From a virus (lineage: Duplodnaviria > Heunggongvirae > Uroviricota > Caudoviricetes): 56,811 nucleotides of DNA. Position 1 is the stretch's first letter. Every line of letters starts with the position of its first letter. Location: the IMG/VR virus record IMGVR_UViG_2698536317_000003. One strand, given 5' to 3'. The translations under genes were made by a program, and so were the position numbers. Shown one piece after another: positions 53,223-56,811 of the stretch. A model generated the notes under the pieces. The model was not told where the DNA came from and did not search any database. It saw nothing but the letters and a program-made list of their open reading frames with translations.

Positions 53223-53750
53223 ATGAAAACTTCATACCAACAACAAATAATTGATTTTTTAAATGACGCTGTTATTTCAGGTGAGGGAACGATAGTTAAA
53301 TCTATTCCTGGGCCGGAAGGTGAAATAATTTGCGCTTTGGATGCTTTAGTTTCTGATGGCGTTATTATCAAAGTAGATCTAAATAGTAAAAGATTATCAT
53401 ATTGCTTGAAGTCAGTAAGAGAAATGGCGATAAGGGATATAATCCCTTTGTTTTCAAATAGTAGCGGGTATTTTTCAGCGGAAGATGTTAAAAATGAATT
53501 GAATATTAATATAAACAAAGGAAAGGTCGGGAGAATATTGCGGATGTTAGGAAGTGAGAACCTATTAACTGTTAATAAGTTTGACGGTAAATATTTTTTC
53601 AGAAACGCGCGTTTTTATGGTTATTCAAATGTTATCGCATTTAATTTTAGTAACTTATTAAACGAATACCGTAAAAATAACGGCCTGCTACCGGATAAAC
53701 CAATATTTGAGATCGAAAAACTTAACGGCGAAACGGGGTTGGAATTATGA
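53223..53750 (+). CDS. AT-rich hypothetical protein (about 175 aa), possible winged-helix; candidate moron
   Basis: Visibly AT-rich relative to flanks; ORF begins MKTSYQQQIIDFLN. Confidence 0.5.
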   Translation: MKTSYQQQIIDFLNDAVISGEGTIVKSIPGPEGEIICALDALVSDGVIIKVDLNSKRLSYCLKSVREMAIRDIIPLFSNSSGYFSAEDVKNELNININKGKVGRILRMLGSENLLTVNKFDGKYFFRNARFYGYSNVIAFNFSNLLNEYRKNNGLLPDKPIFEIEKLNGETGLEL

Positions 53751-53953
53751 GACGGGTAATTTTTTATTCAGTTGAAACGTTTGTCGACGATACGCGCGTT
53801 TATTATCCGTGGGAAGTATACGACGCAAAGGTGTATACACCGCCACTGATGCGGAAATATAAACACGTAAAATTTAACCGGGTTTTCGTGCCAATGCGCG
53901 ATGCATTACGGGCGCTGCGTGGGGAATTAAGAAACACAATGCGGATTGTGTAA
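53747..53953 (+). CDS. Hypothetical protein (68 aa)
   Basis: ORF overlapping stop of previous gene. Confidence 0.35.
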   Translation: MRRVIFYSVETFVDDTRVYYPWEVYDAKVYTPPLMRKYKHVKFNRVFVPMRDALRALRGELRNTMRIV

Positions 53954-53962
53954 GGGGGAATC

Positions 53963-54190
53963 ATGAACAAGGATTTAGAATTGACCGTGGAGGATTTAAG
54001 CACGATCGCGGAATACAAGCGCGGCGGTGATCCTGATAAACCTGTTACGGTTGATATGAAATATTTAAAAGGCGCTTTTATGACTTCTTCAAGATTGATA
54101 AGTCTTAAAGCAATTATAAAGGCGCGCTGGGAAAGTTGGCAGGAATACAAAGCGAAAAATAAGGTGAAAAGAAATAATGCGGCAAATTAG
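53963..54190 (+). CDS. Hypothetical protein (75 aa)
   Basis: GGGGGAATC RBS; upstream of ninB. Confidence 0.4.
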   Translation: MNKDLELTVEDLSTIAEYKRGGDPDKPVTVDMKYLKGAFMTSSRLISLKAIIKARWESWQEYKAKNKVKRNNAAN

Positions 54191-54605
54191 ATTTGAGATA
54201 GTCAACGACGCCGTGAAAGAAAACGCTATCAGGCAGATAAGAGAGATCCAGCCTGATAGCAAAAGCCCGCTGATAATTACCATCCAGGAGAAAACCCGCT
54301 CGCTAAGCCAAAACGCGTTGCTTTGGGCGCTGTTAACCGACATTAGCGATCAGGTTAATTGGTACGGTAAGAAGCTGTCGCCGGAAGACTGGAAAGCGGT
54401 ATTTACTGCCGGGCTTAAGAAATATGGCGTCGTCCCTAACCTGGATAAATCCGGCTTTGTTGTATTGGGGACATCAACCAGCCGGATGAGTAAATCAGAA
54501 TTCAGTGAACTAATCGAGCTGATCTACTCGTTCGGCGCTGAACATGATGTTCAATGGTCTGGCGATACGAAATTAAACGAGGAATTCATAAAACGCTGGG
54601 GGTAA
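54177..54605 (+). CDS. ninB: Recombination protein NinB
   Basis: Strong similarity to recalled lambda NinB (ITIQEKTRSLSQNALLWALLTDIS...VVPNLDKSGFVVLGTSTSRMSKSEF). Confidence 0.85.
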   Translation: MRQIRFEIVNDAVKENAIRQIREIQPDSKSPLIITIQEKTRSLSQNALLWALLTDISDQVNWYGKKLSPEDWKAVFTAGLKKYGVVPNLDKSGFVVLGTSTSRMSKSEFSELIELIYSFGAEHDVQWSGDTKLNEEFIKRWG

Positions 54606-54607
54606 TA

Positions 54608-54784
54608 ATGGCGCGTTATTACATGGCTAAACCTACAGGAATTTTGTATAAGGTTGATGGCGAATATGTTTATTACTTCCACAACCAGGCGCGGGAGTGG
54701 CGATTGTGTCACGCGCACTTCAAGCACGAAATAGAAAATCACCCTGAATACTTTATCAAAGTTGACAATGTAACGGTGGCGTAA
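54608..54784 (+). CDS. Hypothetical protein (58 aa)
   Basis: ATG 54608 immediately after ninB stop. Confidence 0.4.
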   Translation: MARYYMAKPTGILYKVDGEYVYYFHNQAREWRLCHAHFKHEIENHPEYFIKVDNVTVA

Positions 54785-54785
54785 T

Positions 54786-55436
54786 ATGGCAAATAAAACA
54801 CCTCGTGCAATAGGCACAATGTTCCACCGCTTCCGTGGTGATATTCAGCCTTTTGAAGTAACCACGTTTTCAAGTTATTACGATTTTGGGACGGAGTATT
54901 ACGCCGGATCTAAGGTAGGCGGTGAATCTTATACGCTGATGGCTAATACGTGGCGCTTTGTGCGTTACTCTGAAAAGGATGGTGACGGTATGAATAAAGA
55001 AAGTGAAATCATTGATGAATTAATCGAAGATGAGCGCCATGATTGCGATGCGCCGGAAGTTACGGAATGGAAACCAGGAGAAAAGCCGCCGTGCGGCGTG
55101 TGGCTTGATTGTATTGGATTAGCAAGTGATAGAGTGATTGATGTCGTTAAGTTTTTCTACCTGGGCGATAAGTGGTCTATTGCTCACAGTAAGTTAGAAA
55201 CGGGTATAGAAACACCGATTGCATGGAAACAATACTCATACCGCATTCACATTGACCCGAAAGAAAAAGCAATGACACGAATTGCGTTTGCGCTGGCTGT
55301 TGAGGTTATTGGTGGAGATGCGGCAAAAGAGATTAACTTTAACCGCGACAACGAATTTTCGCGCGATTGGCGCAATATGGCAAAAGCCATTATTAATGGC
55401 GATATTCCTTTTACTAATTACAATGGTGATGAGTAA
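54786..55436 (+). CDS. Hypothetical protein (216 aa)
   Basis: ORF tightly coupled to flanking genes. Confidence 0.5.
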   Translation: MANKTPRAIGTMFHRFRGDIQPFEVTTFSSYYDFGTEYYAGSKVGGESYTLMANTWRFVRYSEKDGDGMNKESEIIDELIEDERHDCDAPEVTEWKPGEKPPCGVWLDCIGLASDRVIDVVKFFYLGDKWSIAHSKLETGIETPIAWKQYSYRIHIDPKEKAMTRIAFALAVEVIGGDAAKEINFNRDNEFSRDWRNMAKAIINGDIPFTNYNGDE

Positions 55437-55654
55437 TGGATAAGATCGGGACAATACTTATTAACCGTGAGCAAGTGCAAAAAATGTTAGGCGGGCTTAG
55501 CAAGTCCGCCTTTTTTAAGCTCGTTAAAAAATGGAAAGAAGCGGGAACTCCTTTCCCTGAACCTGTAAAGGGGATGCCAGCATTAAAGCGCGGGGGATCT
55601 CTTTACCGTTATCAGGACGTTATTTCATTTTGTAAATCGATGGGCTTCATGTAG
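55436..55654 (+). CDS. Excisionase-like / small DNA-binding protein
   Basis: 72-aa ORF adjacent to and converging on the integrase gene. Confidence 0.45.
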   Translation: MDKIGTILINREQVQKMLGGLSKSAFFKLVKKWKEAGTPFPEPVKGMPALKRGGSLYRYQDVISFCKSMGFM

Positions 55655-56811
55655 TAATCAGCCAGTTTATTCATCGCCTCGATTTGTTCCCTCACGTAAT
55701 CATATTGATCATAGATAGCCATCATCCCCGCCAGTTTATGACCCAAAACCTTTTCGGCTACGTGCGGCGCAACGCCAAGCGCTGAAAGGTTTGTCCTTAC
55801 AGTGCGGCGTAGATCGTGACACGACCACGGCTCGCCGCCCATCCTTAGCATCAAATCCCTTGCGGCTGTTTTCGGCACGCTCCTGTCTACCGCTTCATCC
55901 CTTCCAGAAAGCACGGGAACGAAGATAAAATTAAAGCCGTGCAAATCCATAGCCTCACGCAATAAATCAACGCTAACGGCAGATAAACCGCGTTTAAACT
56001 CATTTCTGTTCTTACTCAATGCACCCGGCACGGTCCACACACAATTATCAAGATCAAAATGCTCGCGTTTTGCGTTTGTTAGCTCGCTTGTTCTGCATCC
56101 GGTGAATATAATCAGCTTCATCAATATCTGATTTAGCCGCGCCATTTTTGAGCTATCTATAATGCTGATCAGATGGTGAATCTCTTGTATTGATAAAACG
56201 CGCTTCCTTTGCGCCGGGTTTTTGCCAACGTCTTTCACGCGTAGCAATGATATGTCGTCACGCTCCACGCGGCGGCGGCGCATGGCATATTTTATAACCG
56301 CCTTCATCCTGTTTAAGACTATCCCGGCCTGAACGGGCGCGCCACCATTAGCTACCTTTCTAAAAATTCCCTCCCACATTATGGCGTCCATATCATCAAC
56401 AATATAGCTACCGCATGGTTTGACAATATGCTTGCTTAACATCGCTTCGACTTGCTTATGGTTGACCATGTTTCTTGCCTGCGGTGATTCCATATATTCC
56501 CTGACAATATCTTCAACGGTCGCCCGTGTCGTAACGCGGGAAAGGTGCATTCTTTTTACGATCGATGGATCTCGCCCTGAGTTTAATATTTCCTTATGTT
56601 CCGCCACCGCCGCGCGGGCTTCTTTGAGCGTTATTTCTCCGTAAGTGCCAATCTTCATCCGTCGCGGCTTGCCGTTGAATCGGTAGCGATACTGGAAAGA
56701 TATAACGCCGTGCGGGCTTATCCTGGCAGACAATCCGCCCGCGTCCGGGACTTCTTCCGGGCCGTCATATGGCTTGCCGTGGATGTTTCGTAATTTGGTA
56801 TCTGTAAGCAT
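55612..56811 (-). CDS. Tyrosine integrase, P4-type
   Basis: 399-aa ORF with arm-binding N-terminus (MLTDTKLRN...ISFQYRYRFNGK) and C-terminal catalytic domain; 5-prime end at window edge. Confidence 0.9.
   Translation of the reverse strand: MLTDTKLRNIHGKPYDGPEEVPDAGGLSARISPHGVISFQYRYRFNGKPRRMKIGTYGEITLKEARAAVAEHKEILNSGRDPSIVKRMHLSRVTTRATVEDIVREYMESPQARNMVNHKQVEAMLSKHIVKPCGSYIVDDMDAIMWEGIFRKVANGGAPVQAGIVLNRMKAVIKYAMRRRRVERDDISLLRVKDVGKNPAQRKRVLSIQEIHHLISIIDSSKMARLNQILMKLIIFTGCRTSELTNAKREHFDLDNCVWTVPGALSKNRNEFKRGLSAVSVDLLREAMDLHGFNFIFVPVLSGRDEAVDRSVPKTAARDLMLRMGGEPWSCHDLRRTVRTNLSALGVAPHVAEKVLGHKLAGMMAIYDQYDYVREQIEAMNKLADYYMKPIDLQNEITS

Overview
Nearly the whole window is one integrated temperate siphovirus-type prophage (about 1.5 kb to the window end at 56.8 kb), flanked on the left by a host AbgT-family transporter gene. 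Minus strand, right to left: P4-type tyrosine integrase at the window edge; then (after the plus-strand early block) a LexA-like CI repressor, a strong sigma70-like leftward promoter with a nut-like boxA/boxB and an arginine-rich N-like ORF, an Erf/SSB recombination module, about 10 small unknown genes, a Dam-like N6-adenine methyltransferase plus a divergent C5-methyltransferase-like gene, NinF/NinG/HNH/RusA, a zinc-finger Q-like gene, a roughly 5 kb block of about 20 small unknown ORFs, a holin/SAR-endolysin/Rz/Rz1 lysis cassette, terminase, portal, head genes, and a lambda-like tail (H, M, L, K, I, J) ending in a tail fibre. Plus strand (48.1-55.7 kb): an HTH regulator, a DUF4373-like replisome organiser, an Rha/KilAC antirepressor, an HTH-metallophosphoesterase protein, a DnaB-like helicase, NinB and an excisionase-like protein. 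The most unusual feature is an array of nine translationally coupled micro-ORFs (20-33 aa each, single predicted transmembrane helix) between the lysis cassette and the small terminase; no family I know matches this arrangement. Other leads are three opposite-strand moron cassettes inside the tail operon, a perfect 227-bp tandem duplication, a recurrent CCATTTTGTA motif with CRP-like palindromes, and an HExxH protein downstream of Rz. All calls come from reading the sequence and recalled family signatures; no database search was run, and many start codons in the ORF track are alternative (TTG/GTG), so starts are approximate.
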